A stretch of DNA of 64,000 bases from Trueperaceae bacterium. Lineage in GTDB: Bacteria > Deinococcota > Deinococci > Deinococcales > Trueperaceae. The translations under genes were made by a program, and so were the position numbers. Location of the stretch: NCBI GenBank assembly GCA_965215565.1, contig CBDCDZ010000004.1, forward strand, positions 3,616,001 to 3,680,000, in the 5' to 3' direction. Below the pieces are notes generated by a model, which saw nothing but the letters and a program-made list of their open reading frames with translations, was not told where the DNA came from and searched no databases. Below are positions 10,977 to 20,783 of the stretch, piece after piece (position 1 is the stretch's first letter; each line of letters begins with the position of its first letter).

Positions 10977-11010
10977 AAGCCGCCTTAGCTGTTGCCCAGT
11001 GGCGCTTCGC

Positions 11011-13518
11011 TCAACCTTTCACCACGATATTGACCAACCGCCCCGGCACGACGATCTCCCGCACGATGTTGACGCCTTCTACATACCGCGCCACATTTGG
11101 CTCAGCTTTCGCCGCGTTGAGGATGGCGTCCTTATCTGCGCCTTTAGGCACGTCCACCTCACCGCGCCGCTTGCCATTAACTTGCACGGCGATGGTGAGC
11201 GTATTTTGCTCTAAGGCGCTTTCGTCGTACTCGGGCCAAGACTGCGCGTGAACAGAACCTTCGAATCCCGAACGTTCCCACAACTCCTCAGCGATATGCG
11301 GCGCGAAAGGTGCCACTAAGCGGAGGAGCATTTCACGCGCCTCTTGCCACTCGTCCGCTTGTGCTACTCCGCTATTTTTCGCCTTGCTCATCACGTTCAC
11401 TAAGGTCATCAACTCTGCAATCGCGGTGTTGAACTGAAACCCCTCCAAGTCCTCTGTGACCTCTTTGATGGCGGTATGAACGGCGTGGCGTAAATCCTTG
11501 CGAGCGGCTTCGTCTGGGTTGCTGTCGCTCGAGACCTCATCGGTGATGAGCGCCCACACCCGGTTCAAAAACCGCGCCACGCCCTCGATGCCCGACGAGT
11601 TCCAGGGGCCACCCTGTTCCCACGGACCGATGAACATGAGGTACGCTCGCACCGTATCCGCGCCGTATTCGTCTACCAAAGCGTCCGGGTTGACGGTGTT
11701 GCCTCTCGACTTGGACATCTTTTCGCTGTCTTCACCTAAGATGATGCCCTGATTGCGGAGCTTTTTGAAGGGTTCGCTCGAGTCAATCAAACCCAAGTCA
11801 CGCATGACTTTGGTAAAGAAGCGAGCGTACAAGAGGTGCAAAATCGCGTGCTCGATGCCGCCCGTGTAGAGGTCAACGGGCGTCCACGCTCTGACGAGTT
11901 CCTTGTCTACAGGCGCGTCCTCTTTATGCGGCGAGAGGTAGCGAAACCAGTACCACGACGAATCCATAAAGGTGTCCATCGTATCGGTCTCGCGTTTCGC
12001 CGCGCCGCTGCACTCGGGGCAGGTCGCGTTCAAGAAGCCTTCGTGATGCTTCAAGGGCGACTCGCCCGTGGGCATAAAGGCGACATCTTCGGGCAAGCGG
12101 ACGGGTAAGTTCTCCTCTTTCTCCGCGACGATGCCGCATTCGTCGCAGTAGAGCATAGGGATAGGTGTGCCCCAATAGCGCTGACGCGAGATGAGCCAGT
12201 CGCGCAAGCGGTAGGTGATTTTGCCTTCGCCTATGCTATGTTCCTCGAGATAATCAATCGCCGCCGCAATCGCCGGGTTGTTGCGCCCCTTCTCGCCGTT
12301 GTTGAGTTTTCCGTCTATTGGACCGCTGTTGACGAGCACGCCCGGACCCGCGTAGGCTTCACTCATCGTCTCGGCGTCGAAAGGTTCTTCATCTTCGGGC
12401 TGCACCACCGGCACGATATCCAATTCAAACTTCCGCGCAAACTCGAAGTCGCGCTGGTCGCCAAAAGGAACCGCCATAATCGCGCCCGTGCCGTAACCCA
12501 TCATCACGTAATCCGCAATCCAGATGGGGATGCGCTCGTCATTCACCGGATTGACAGCATATGCGCCGATGAACTCGCCCGTTTTCTCCTTACCCTCGGC
12601 TTGGCGGTCGATTTCGCTCATGCTCGAGACTTTCTGCTTGTAAGCCTCAACCGCCTCGTTCTTGTCCGCCGTCGTCAGCTTCTCTACTAATGGATGCTCC
12701 GGCGCTAACACCATAAAGGTCGCGCCCCAGAGCGTGTCGGGTCGGGTCGTAAACACGGTGATGTCGTCGTCCTCTTCACTCTTAAAGGTGACGTTCGCGC
12801 CCTCGGAGCGCCCTATCCAGTTGGTCTGCATGAGGCGCACGCGCTCGGGCCAGTCTACGCTCGAGAAATCCAATAACTCATCTGCATAGTCTGTAATCTT
12901 AAAGTGCCACTGGGGCATCAAACGCCGTTCAATCAATGCCCCCGAACGGTCCCCGCGCCCGTCAATGACTTGCTCGTTCGCCAACACGGTCTGGTCCACC
13001 GGGTCCCAATTGACGAACGACTCCTTGCGGTACGCCAAACCCCGCTTGAACATCTGCACGAAGAACCACTGGTTCCACCTGTAATATTCAGGATCAGAGG
13101 TGACGACTTTTTTAGACCAGTCGAAAATCGCGCCCATCTGCTTGAACTGCCCTTCCATAAAGGCGATGCGCTCATACGTCAAACGCGCCGGATGGACCTC
13201 TTTACCCTCCCGCGCCGCCTTGATAGCCGCGTTCTCTGCTGGCAAGCCAAATGCATCGAAGCCCATCGGGAAGAGGACATTTTTGCCGCGCATCCGCTGA
13301 AAGCGGGCGTAGGCGTCCGGCACAGCGAAGGCGTACCAGTGACCGACGTGCAAGTCGCCCGAGGGGTAGGGGTACATCGTCAAGTAGTAAAACTTGTCCT
13401 GGTCCGCGTGTAAGTCAACCTCATACGCACCCGCCTCTTCCCAACTCTGCTGCCACTTGGGTTCGATTTCATGCGGGTTGTATTTTTCGCTTTTGTAGTC
13501 GGCTACGGTGTCAGCCAT
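11011..13518 (-). CDS. leuS: Leucyl-tRNA synthetase
   Basis: MYPYPSGDLHVGH (HIGH), FTTRPDT editing domain, RDWLISRQRYWG, KMSKS. Confidence 0.97.
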   Translation of the reverse strand: MADTVADYKSEKYNPHEIEPKWQQSWEEAGAYEVDLHADQDKFYYLTMYPYPSGDLHVGHWYAFAVPDAYARFQRMRGKNVLFPMGFDAFGLPAENAAIKAAREGKEVHPARLTYERIAFMEGQFKQMGAIFDWSKKVVTSDPEYYRWNQWFFVQMFKRGLAYRKESFVNWDPVDQTVLANEQVIDGRGDRSGALIERRLMPQWHFKITDYADELLDFSSVDWPERVRLMQTNWIGRSEGANVTFKSEEDDDITVFTTRPDTLWGATFMVLAPEHPLVEKLTTADKNEAVEAYKQKVSSMSEIDRQAEGKEKTGEFIGAYAVNPVNDERIPIWIADYVMMGYGTGAIMAVPFGDQRDFEFARKFELDIVPVVQPEDEEPFDAETMSEAYAGPGVLVNSGPIDGKLNNGEKGRNNPAIAAAIDYLEEHSIGEGKITYRLRDWLISRQRYWGTPIPMLYCDECGIVAEKEENLPVRLPEDVAFMPTGESPLKHHEGFLNATCPECSGAAKRETDTMDTFMDSSWYWFRYLSPHKEDAPVDKELVRAWTPVDLYTGGIEHAILHLLYARFFTKVMRDLGLIDSSEPFKKLRNQGIILGEDSEKMSKSRGNTVNPDALVDEYGADTVRAYLMFIGPWEQGGPWNSSGIEGVARFLNRVWALITDEVSSDSNPDEAARKDLRHAVHTAIKEVTEDLEGFQFNTAIAELMTLVNVMSKAKNSGVAQADEWQEAREMLLRLVAPFAPHIAEELWERSGFEGSVHAQSWPEYDESALEQNTLTIAVQVNGKRRGEVDVPKGADKDAILNAAKAEPNVARYVEGVNIVREIVVPGRLVNIVVKG

Positions 13519-13615
13519 TGTTAGAACTCCTTGTGAAAAACTTTTAGGTATTAGCGCCTAGCTATTCGCTTTTATATGGTATCAGCTAACGGCTATTTGT
13601 TCTGAAAACCAAAGG

Positions 13616-13643
13616 AAAACCCCAACCATTCAAGAGGTCGGGG
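13616..13643 (-). terminator. Attenuator terminator in leuS leader
   Basis: Minus strand CCCCGACC-tcttgaat-GGTTGGGG-TTTT. The G-U pair is valid only on the leuS strand. Confidence 0.75.
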
Positions 13644-13671
13644 AGGCAGAGCAAGAGCGGCTAAGAGGGCG

Positions 13672-13722
13672 CTAGTGTGTAGAGCCTCCTAGTAGTAGTA
13701 AATGGGTGAAGGGGTGAATCAT
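13672..13722 (-). CDS. leuS leader peptide MIHPFTHLLLLGGSTH (16 aa)
   Basis: ATG...TTA CTA CTA CTA...TAG, located between the promoter and the terminator upstream of leuS. Confidence 0.8.
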   Translation of the reverse strand: MIHPFTHLLLLGGSTH

Positions 13723-13731
13723 CTTGGGAAT

Positions 13732-13760
13732 ATGGTAGCGCTAAACGACATCTATGTCAA
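13732..13760 (-). promoter_or_regulatory. Sigma70 promoter of the leuS leader
   Basis: TTGACA-17 nt-TACCAT on the minus strand, 9 nt before the leader ATG. Confidence 0.75.
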
Positions 13761-14397
13761 CGATGACTCCGCTACTTCTTTCATTGTTTTGGCTATTATC
13801 GTATGGTTTTCACTGACGAGTAACATAGCATTACTCAGGATTTCCAATTCGTCATCCAACACAGTGATTTCATCTAAATTTTTAGGATGTGTAATTCTAT
13901 CTCTAATTTTCAGAGATTCTAAAAAGCTCTGCCAACCGTTTCCGCCGAAGTCGAGGAGATAGCCCGTCGCCATCCTCTCGTGAAATAAGGAAAGTGAGAA
14001 TCTAAAGTTATCGGCTGTTCTTAGTTTCATCTTTTGAACACTAATCTTGCCGTTATTCTTGAGTCCGTAGCTCTTTTCCTCTAAGATAGTTAATTCAGGT
14101 AAAGATAGTTCTATTATTCCAGCTTGGGAATAGTACATTAAATTCTGCCTAACAGCGTGCGTTAATAGCTCAGTAGAGGCAAACAAAGTTCTTACCATTG
14201 TTCTGCGCCAAAACTGAGATTGAATATCTTTCTCGAGGGCATTCGAGCAGTAACTAAAATCTTGTGCTAGCTCTAAGGACGCTTCAGCTATGCTAAAGAT
14301 AGCTACTAAAATCTTGTGCTAGCTCTAAGGACGCTTCAGCTATGCTAAAGATAGCTATCGCTTTCTCTTCTAAATTTCCTACTTCTTCCGTATCCAT
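13752..14397 (-). pseudogene. HEPN-like protein gene frameshifted by a 52-bp tandem duplication
   Basis: Removing one 52-bp copy gives a 197-aa ORF MDTEEVG...SQFWRRTMVRTLFAS...IRDRITHPK with an Rx4H motif. Confidence 0.7.
14254..14357. repeat. Perfect 2 x 52-bp tandem duplication
   Basis: ctaaaatcttgtgctagctctaaggacgcttcagctatgctaaagatagcta at 14254-14305 and 14306-14357. Confidence 0.95.
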
Positions 14398-14437
14398 GTG
14401 AATATACTAGCCTTCTTTTTTGGAAGACTCGAGCCTC

Positions 14438-14659
14438 CTATCCCAACTCCGCCACATGTTCATCCTCATACCGCTCAATCAGCACCCCAATCACTTCCAT
14501 GAGCGACGCGAGCGGATGCGTTTCATCTTCACCAACCTCATCAATAAGTTGGTCAAGCATCCGAACAAGTTCGTCGTAATCCTCTTCGGTGTGAGGGACG
14601 ACAACCTTATCTGACAGAGGTAGCCAGGCATTGAGAGTTTCAGAAACACTTAGCTGCAC
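14438..14659 (-). CDS. higA: HigA-like antitoxin, short form lacking the C-terminal HTH
   Basis: PHTEEDYDELVRMLDQLID...LMEVIGVLIERYE, directly downstream of higB. Confidence 0.7.
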   Translation of the reverse strand: MQLSVSETLNAWLPLSDKVVVPHTEEDYDELVRMLDQLIDEVGEDETHPLASLMEVIGVLIERYEDEHVAELG

Positions 14660-14662
14660 CGT

Positions 14663-14950
14663 TTACTCCTTCCACGCCCCTCTATCATACTCCTCGTGCG
14701 TAAGAATGGCGCGAATATAAACCTTCTGGCGGTCGTAGTGAATAGCGGCGATGAGCCGCGCTTTGTTGCCACCGAGGTTGAAAACTGTGAGTTTGCCGAC
14801 TTGGTCGGCGGCAGAAAAATCACTGCGCAACTCGGCGAAGTTGCTGTAACGCTTACGTTTGACGAGCCTGTACCAGTGCGTTAGTGCGGCGTTGGCTTCG
14901 GGATGTTTGGCGGCATACTCGTTGAGGCGTTTTCTCGTGATGACGTGCAT
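14663..14950 (-). CDS. higB: HigB-family mRNA interferase toxin
   Basis: MHVITRKRL, SAADQVG, VFNLGGNKARLI, ILTHEEYD. Confidence 0.9.
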   Translation of the reverse strand: MHVITRKRLNEYAAKHPEANAALTHWYRLVKRKRYSNFAELRSDFSAADQVGKLTVFNLGGNKARLIAAIHYDRQKVYIRAILTHEEYDRGAWKE

Positions 14951-14980
14951 GAGATGGGGTAACTATACCAGATTCGAGCC

Positions 14981-15586
14981 TCACCAAATCTCTGCCAGCT
15001 CGAGCCTGAATCCCTCCAACACACCCGTTCCTACAACCTCTTGGGGCTGCCCTAGTTCTTCCACACCCTCAGCCGTATAGATGTAAAACTTTCCTTCAAT
15101 GGGGTCGATGAGCCAGCCAAGTTCTGCGCCGTTTTCCATATACTCGCGCATTTTCTCTTCAACGACTTCCAAACGATTCGTGTGCGAGCGAAGCTCTAGG
15201 ACAAACTCGGGACAGAAGGGCGGAAACTTATCCATTTGCTCGTCTGTTAGTTTGGCTATCTTCTCCTCACTTACCCACGACACATCAGGGGAGCGAACTG
15301 CGCCGTTGGGCAGATGAAATCCCGTGGAGGAACCAAAGACTGTACCTCTTCTATGTTGCTGATTCCAAACTGAGAATTGATAGGTGAGGTCTGAGTTGCG
15401 AATCCCGGTCCCTCCGCCAGTAGGTGGTAGAAGAATAAGGTTCCCCTCGGCGCTGAGTTCCATGCGGAGGTCTTTGTTTAACGAGGCAATGTGCAAAAAG
15501 GTATCGGCGTCGAGATGCATAAAGGGATCAAGACGCATGGTGAGGGGAAGAAATTCGTCTGCGGGAACAGATTCAACAGCCATCAT
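14981..15586 (-). CDS. Uma2-family endonuclease-like protein
   Basis: STGFHLPNGAVRSPDVSW, PEFVLELRS, LGWLIDP. Confidence 0.9.
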   Translation of the reverse strand: MMAVESVPADEFLPLTMRLDPFMHLDADTFLHIASLNKDLRMELSAEGNLILLPPTGGGTGIRNSDLTYQFSVWNQQHRRGTVFGSSTGFHLPNGAVRSPDVSWVSEEKIAKLTDEQMDKFPPFCPEFVLELRSHTNRLEVVEEKMREYMENGAELGWLIDPIEGKFYIYTAEGVEELGQPQEVVGTGVLEGFRLELAEIW

Positions 15587-15699
15587 GACTCCTAATGCGC
15601 TTATTCTAGCACTCCTGATTTTAGAGCCCCAAAGAATCTTAGCTCGAGCCCGGCGTCACACCTCTTCACGCTACACGAACTGAGATGCGCCCGCACAAT

Positions 15700-16851
15700 C
15701 TATTTCAGCTCATCTGAAGAGCGCTCGAGCTTCACCCAGCTTCGCGTAGCCGCCGGGGTGGACGCCTCTACCCGCTTAGGAAACACCACGCTAAAGCGGC
15801 TCCCCCTACCCGTCGCGGGGTTGGGCGACTCGCAGCGCACCCAGCCGTTCATCGCCTCGGTCAAGGACTTGACGAGGTGCAGCCCTAAGCCGACGCCCGT
15901 AGACTCGCGGGTCAACTCGTTACCGACGCGGTAGAACTTGTCAAAGACGCGCCGCGCCTCTTGCAGGTCCAAGCCGACGCCCTCGTCCTCGACGTGAATG
16001 GCGGCGACGTGCCGCTTCGCCTCGAGCCGCACGCGCACCGTTCTATCTGCGCCGGAGCTATACTTTGCGGCGTTGTCCAAGAGGTTGTTGAGGATGATGC
16101 TGAGCGCGTCCAGGTCGAGAGAAACGGGAATAGGCGCGTCGGTATAAGCGGTCTCGAGCCTTACCCCCCGCGCCTCCAAGCTGCTGCGCGACTGATTGAC
16201 GATACTCCGCACAGCGCTGCTAAGGTCGGCGGCTTGAAGAGGTTGAGTGGTGTGTTGCTCTAACCTAGCCGACGCCAAGACCTGCTCACTCGTTGCTTCT
16301 AAACGGGTCAATTCGCGCTCCATGCGCTCCAAGTAGTCGCGCTGCTTCTCAGGTTTGAGGGAGCGGTAGAGCGCCGTTTCAACCAGTAAACGGAGCGTAC
16401 TTAAAGGCGTTTTGAACTCGTGACTGACTGCGTTCAAGAAGTTCTGCTGCCGCTGTTTGAGTTCGCGCTCCGTCCGTAAACTTTTAGCGATGATAAAAAG
16501 ACCTGTTAGAACGACGAGGCTAAAAAACGGTCCTTCAAACGCGAACATGCGGATGTAACCGCGCTGCTCGCTGGTAAAGGTTTGCACAGCGCGTCTATCC
16601 AGCACGAAGCGTCCGTCTTGAAGTTGCAAATGCGGATAGTCCCGCTGGACCTCTTCAGTGAGCGCGGCATCCTCGGGTGAACGCTCGAGTAAGGCATTGA
16701 CGGCGGCTGCGTCCTGCCGCCAATTCGCCAGCGTCGCCTCCGTCACGCCGCCGATATAGCGCGCCTGAAAGATAATCCACCAGACGACTTGCGCCAACAC
16801 AAAGACGATGATGACGCCAAAAGCGATGCGGGTGACGCGGCGGGAGGTCAT
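15700..16851 (-). CDS. Membrane sensor histidine kinase
   Basis: Two TM segments, H-box SHEFKTPL, NLLDNAAKY, DEGVG, GVGLGL. Start placed at MTSRR because the upstream extension is heptamer repeat sequence. Confidence 0.92.
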   Translation of the reverse strand: MTSRRVTRIAFGVIIVFVLAQVVWWIIFQARYIGGVTEATLANWRQDAAAVNALLERSPEDAALTEEVQRDYPHLQLQDGRFVLDRRAVQTFTSEQRGYIRMFAFEGPFFSLVVLTGLFIIAKSLRTERELKQRQQNFLNAVSHEFKTPLSTLRLLVETALYRSLKPEKQRDYLERMERELTRLEATSEQVLASARLEQHTTQPLQAADLSSAVRSIVNQSRSSLEARGVRLETAYTDAPIPVSLDLDALSIILNNLLDNAAKYSSGADRTVRVRLEAKRHVAAIHVEDEGVGLDLQEARRVFDKFYRVGNELTRESTGVGLGLHLVKSLTEAMNGWVRCESPNPATGRGSRFSVVFPKRVEASTPAATRSWVKLERSSDELK

Positions 16852-16860
16852 AAAAGTGAG

Positions 16861-16961
16861 TAGCGAGCAACGAGCAATGAGCAACGAGTGAAGGTCAAAA
16901 GCTTTTTACTCATTGCTCACCGTTCGTCCAGCTTGACTGGATTGCTTTGAACTCATTGCTC
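16861..16961. repeat. Heptamer (GAGCAAY) tandem repeats with inverted copies
   Basis: GAGCAAC GAGCAAT GAGCAAC followed by two ACTCATTGCTC copies. The same motif occurs at 37351-37438. Confidence 0.7.
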
Positions 16962-16963
16962 CC

Positions 16964-18001
16964 CTACACCCACCCCTTCTCAACCGCGTCTAACGCATGG
17001 TAGCTGATGATGAGGTCCGCCCCCGCCCGCCGAATCGAGAGCAAGCTCTCGCGCACCGCCGCCGCTTCGTCGAGCGCGCCTGCCGCCGCCGCCGCTTTGA
17101 GCATGGCGTACTCGCCCGAGACGTTGTAGGCGACGACCGGCAAGGTGGTTTGTTTGCGGAGTTGAGCGAGCACGTCTAAGTAAGGAAGCGCAGGTTTAAC
17201 CATGAGCATGTCCGCGCCTTCGGCTTCGTCTAGCGCGGCTTCGCGGACGGCTTCGCGAAGGTTGCGTGAGTCCATCTGGTAGCCTTGCCGGGTTTTGGGC
17301 GGCGACTTCTCGCCCGTGACCTCTTTGGGTGCAGAGCCCGCCGCTTCTCTAAAGGGTCCATAGAAGGCGGAGGCGTACTTGACCGCGTAGGAGAGGATAC
17401 CAACCTCTTCGTGTCCAGCGTTGTCTAAGGCTTGCCGGATGTAGCCGACGCGCCCGTCCATCATGTCCGAAGGTGAAACCATGTCCGCGCCCGCTTCCGC
17501 GTGAACTAGAGACATTTCGGCTAAAACGGGGAGGCTCGAGTCATTGTCCACCCTCAACCCTCTCGGCGTCTCTTTCAGAAGTCCGCAGTGTCCGTGATCG
17601 GTGTAGCCGCATAAGCACACGTCTGTGATGAGCACTAAGTCGTCCCCAAAGGCGCGGCGGGCGGCGCGTAAAGCGTCGGGGACGGGTCCGTGCGGGGAGT
17701 AGGCGGCTTTGCCGGAAGAGGTTTTCTCATCCTGCGGGACGACGCCGAAAAGGACAGCGGATTTGATGCCCGCGTTTAAGGTGCGCTCGAGCTGCCCCAA
17801 AAGCATATCCACGCTGTAACGCGATACGCCGGGAAGTGCGCCGATCGGCTGCTCCTCACCCTTACCCGGCACGACGAAAAAGGGCACGATGAAGTGCTCG
17901 GGGCGCAAGAACGTCTCCGCGACGAGTTCGCGCATGGCGGCGCTTTGGCGCAAGCGGCGCGGACGCTCTTTGAGGTGTACTTTTCCCTTGTCTAGAATCA
18001 T
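16964..18001 (-). CDS. hemB: Porphobilinogen synthase
   Basis: RPRRLR, DVCLCGYTDHGHCG, SDMMDGRV, YASAFYGPFR, MVKP, YNVSGEY. Confidence 0.97.
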   Translation of the reverse strand: MILDKGKVHLKERPRRLRQSAAMRELVAETFLRPEHFIVPFFVVPGKGEEQPIGALPGVSRYSVDMLLGQLERTLNAGIKSAVLFGVVPQDEKTSSGKAAYSPHGPVPDALRAARRAFGDDLVLITDVCLCGYTDHGHCGLLKETPRGLRVDNDSSLPVLAEMSLVHAEAGADMVSPSDMMDGRVGYIRQALDNAGHEEVGILSYAVKYASAFYGPFREAAGSAPKEVTGEKSPPKTRQGYQMDSRNLREAVREAALDEAEGADMLMVKPALPYLDVLAQLRKQTTLPVVAYNVSGEYAMLKAAAAAGALDEAAAVRESLLSIRRAGADLIISYHALDAVEKGWV

Positions 18002-18696
18002 TACGCTACCTCTTCTTTTTCTTCACGCTCGAACATTTTTAAGATAGCTTTGGTACTCGGTGTTTCTGCCTGTATGCAGCGCCAACCGCGCAGCGCTACC
18101 GCTTGGCTCGTGCTCGGTCCTATTGAAGTCAGTTTAGCGTGCTTTCCAACCTCTTCAGGTAGCGCTTGGACAGCAGATGGGCTCGCCAAGACAACCGCGT
18201 CCACCTCACCCGCTTGCCAGTCACACGTCAGCGTTTGATAGATTGTTACAGGCGAAGTTTTGACGCCCCCAGCCCCCAACCTCTCCTGCAAGATTTTAAG
18301 GGAACGGTTGCCCTGGGGCAGTCCCACAGTTCCTTTGACCTCTTGCTGTTTCAAAAAGAGGTCAGCCAAACCCTCAGCATGTTGCGGTTCACCTACCAAT
18401 GAAACGTCACCACCCAACTTACCTATCGCCCGAGCCGTCTTCTCGCCCACCACGCCAATTCGAGGATTGATGCCGCGTAGAGAGAGTCCTAAAGCGTGCC
18501 ACGCTTCTACAGCGTTTGGGCTGGTAAAGAGGAGCCAAGAACATCCGAGAAGTTCTTCTGCCTGACCTCTCACCTCTTCGCTCAATATCGGCTCCGTTCG
18601 GATAAGAGGTTGGCGAATGACCTCATGCCCGCGCTCAGTAAGCGCTTCCGCCAAGCCCGCCAAACGTCCTTCCGACTGCGTGAGTGCAACTTTCAT
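18001..18696 (-). CDS. hemD: Uroporphyrinogen-III synthase
   Basis: FTSPNAV, VGEKTA, LASPSAV, IGPSTS. Located in the hem operon. Confidence 0.9.
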   Translation of the reverse strand: MKVALTQSEGRLAGLAEALTERGHEVIRQPLIRTEPILSEEVRGQAEELLGCSWLLFTSPNAVEAWHALGLSLRGINPRIGVVGEKTARAIGKLGGDVSLVGEPQHAEGLADLFLKQQEVKGTVGLPQGNRSLKILQERLGAGGVKTSPVTIYQTLTCDWQAGEVDAVVLASPSAVQALPEEVGKHAKLTSIGPSTSQAVALRGWRCIQAETPSTKAILKMFEREEKEEVA

Positions 18697-18700
18697 CCTG

Positions 18701-19609
18701 CTAAGAGGTCAGTTTAGGCGCGGGACGTCCTAACGCTTCGTAAGCGAGAAATGCTGCACCTTCGGACGACGGATGTGAAACGGTGACGCGCTCGCCTTCG
18801 TACCAAGCGGTGAGTTCGATTTCACCGTTTTTGAGAACACCGTGTGCGCCGAGTGCGAGTTGACAGCCGCCCTGAAGCATCGCCATCAAACCGCGCTCCG
18901 CCGCCACCACTTTGTACGCCTCTACCGAGTGAAGCTCGGTCAGTACCGAGGCCAACTCGAAGTCGTCGCGGCGGCACTCGAGCGCCAACACCCCTTGCGC
19001 GGGCGCAGGCGCGAAGAGGTTGGGCGATAAAAAGTGGATTTCTAAGCCTTGGAGGTCAAGCTGCAACCGCGCCAACCCTGCGGCAGCCAAAACGATGGCG
19101 TCATAGCGTCCATCACGAAGCTTTTGCACCCGTGTGGGCACGTTACCTCTTAGTTCTTGTACCTCTAAGTCCGGGCGGAGGTGTAAAAGTTGCGCTTGTC
19201 GGCGGGCTGCGCTCGTACCGACTTTTGCGCCTTGTTTAAGAGGTAAGTTATCGCCATCTATATCAAACGCTTCTGGACGGACGAGGAGGACATCTCGAGG
19301 GTCTTCGCGCCCACTTATCGCGGCGACTTCTAGCCCCGGCATCGGCGCACTCGGCAGGTCTTTATGCGAGTGAACTGCAACGTCCGCCTCTTGCGCAAGC
19401 ACCGCATCTTGCACCGCTTTGGTGAAAAACCCTTGCCCCTGCATCAGCTTAAAGGCGTCTTGCTCGCGGTCTCCTTGCGTTTCGATGAGGACGAGTTCGG
19501 TGGTGTGACTGAGGGACTCGAGCCTGTCCTTGACCCAGTTCGCTTGCCAGAGCGCCAGGTCACTTTTGCGCGTGGCGATACGCACATGTCTACTCGCAGT
19601 CTTACTCAC
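18701..19609 (-). CDS. hemC: Hydroxymethylbilane synthase
   Basis: ATRKSDLALWQ, VHSHKDLP, GTSAARR, RGNVPTR, GGC (cofactor Cys). Confidence 0.96.
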   Translation of the reverse strand: MSKTASRHVRIATRKSDLALWQANWVKDRLESLSHTTELVLIETQGDREQDAFKLMQGQGFFTKAVQDAVLAQEADVAVHSHKDLPSAPMPGLEVAAISGREDPRDVLLVRPEAFDIDGDNLPLKQGAKVGTSAARRQAQLLHLRPDLEVQELRGNVPTRVQKLRDGRYDAIVLAAAGLARLQLDLQGLEIHFLSPNLFAPAPAQGVLALECRRDDFELASVLTELHSVEAYKVVAAERGLMAMLQGGCQLALGAHGVLKNGEIELTAWYEGERVTVSHPSSEGAAFLAYEALGRPAPKLTS

Positions 19610-20783
19610 GGTGCGCCGCTTCCCCTAAGCCGGCTTCCGTCAAAAAGGTCTTTGCCGCCTCTAAGCCGTGCTCTCTCGCAACGGCTCGGAGCCCTTTGAT
19701 CGGTACGTGTGCGAACTTGTGCGCTAGTCTCTCCGCCTCCTCTTGCGGAAGGGAGTCGCCAATCGTAGCTAGGTACATCTCGCGGAGCCGCTTGATGGAA
19801 GGTCCCAGTTGCCGCTCGGTCCAGTTCGTGAGGGCTGCCTCTAACTCACGTTGGACGATCCCCTCCGCCTCTGCGAACTTTTCCGCGAGTTCGCCGCGCC
19901 GCCCCCTTCCCACGCTCTGCAAGGTGTCTACGTTTAGAACGAAGAGGTCACAGGCTTTCGCTGCCGCGCGGTTCACGTTGCGCGGAATGCCTAAATCGAC
20001 GGCGATGGTGAGGTTGGGAAGGTTCGCCAACAAGGTCTCGTTCACCAAATCTTTGACGGGCGTCGCGCAGATGAGGGCGTCCACGTCGGGCGGATGCGCT
20101 AAGAAGTCAGCTAGGGAGAGGCTCGAGATCGCTCGGTTAGGGCTCCCCAGGTGCTTGGCGATCTGCTGCGCCCTCTCAGGTGTGCGGTTCACGATGATGA
20201 GGTCCGTGTTTTCGCGGCTCGCCAGCGTCTTCGCGGCGAGCGTGCCCATCTCGCCCGCGCCGACGACGGCGACGCTCGCACGGTGCGGAAGCCGCTTTTC
20301 CAGTTCGGGGCGTGCCAGGCTGAATAGGGAGGTGTTTAGGGGCGCGAGCGCCACCTCTCGGCGCACCTTTTTGGCGGTGCGTAGCGCCATGTTGAACGCG
20401 AACGAGGTTCGCGGTCCGGTTGTGCCTGCCTCTTGCGCTGCCGAAAATGCCCCCCTTACCTGCGCCATGATCTGATCCTCGCCGGGGTTGAGCGAATCGA
20501 GCGACGCCGCGATGCGCGTGATTTGCTCCAGCGCGCCGTCTTCGACGTAAGCGTAAGGGCGTACGTGCTGACCTTCCGGGGTGAGGGCGTCTCGCGCACC
20601 GCTCAAGGACATGTCGCCGGGTAAAACGGCGACTAAGTCCCAGCGGTTACAGGTGACGATGGCAACGTGCTCCGCAAAACCCAGCCCCGCCAAAACCTCT
20701 GGGGTAAAGGTAGTTTGCCACGCCTCGAGCGCCGCCGCGCCGCCGCGCCGGTGTGAGACGCCTATGAGTGCGAGTCTGTTCAC
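19602..20783 (-). CDS. hemA: Glutamyl-tRNA reductase
   Basis: TCNR, SLDSLNPGEDQI, GAGEMG, DLGIPRN. Confidence 0.93.
   Translation of the reverse strand: MNRLALIGVSHRRGGAAALEAWQTTFTPEVLAGLGFAEHVAIVTCNRWDLVAVLPGDMSLSGARDALTPEGQHVRPYAYVEDGALEQITRIAASLDSLNPGEDQIMAQVRGAFSAAQEAGTTGPRTSFAFNMALRTAKKVRREVALAPLNTSLFSLARPELEKRLPHRASVAVVGAGEMGTLAAKTLASRENTDLIIVNRTPERAQQIAKHLGSPNRAISSLSLADFLAHPPDVDALICATPVKDLVNETLLANLPNLTIAVDLGIPRNVNRAAAKACDLFVLNVDTLQSVGRGRRGELAEKFAEAEGIVQRELEAALTNWTERQLGPSIKRLREMYLATIGDSLPQEEAERLAHKFAHVPIKGLRAVAREHGLEAAKTFLTEAGLGEAAHRE

Noticed and set aside
13519..13760. T-box riboswitch upstream of leuS
   Set aside because: No T-box consensus (AGGGTGGNACCGCG-like) was found. A leader peptide plus terminator explains the region.
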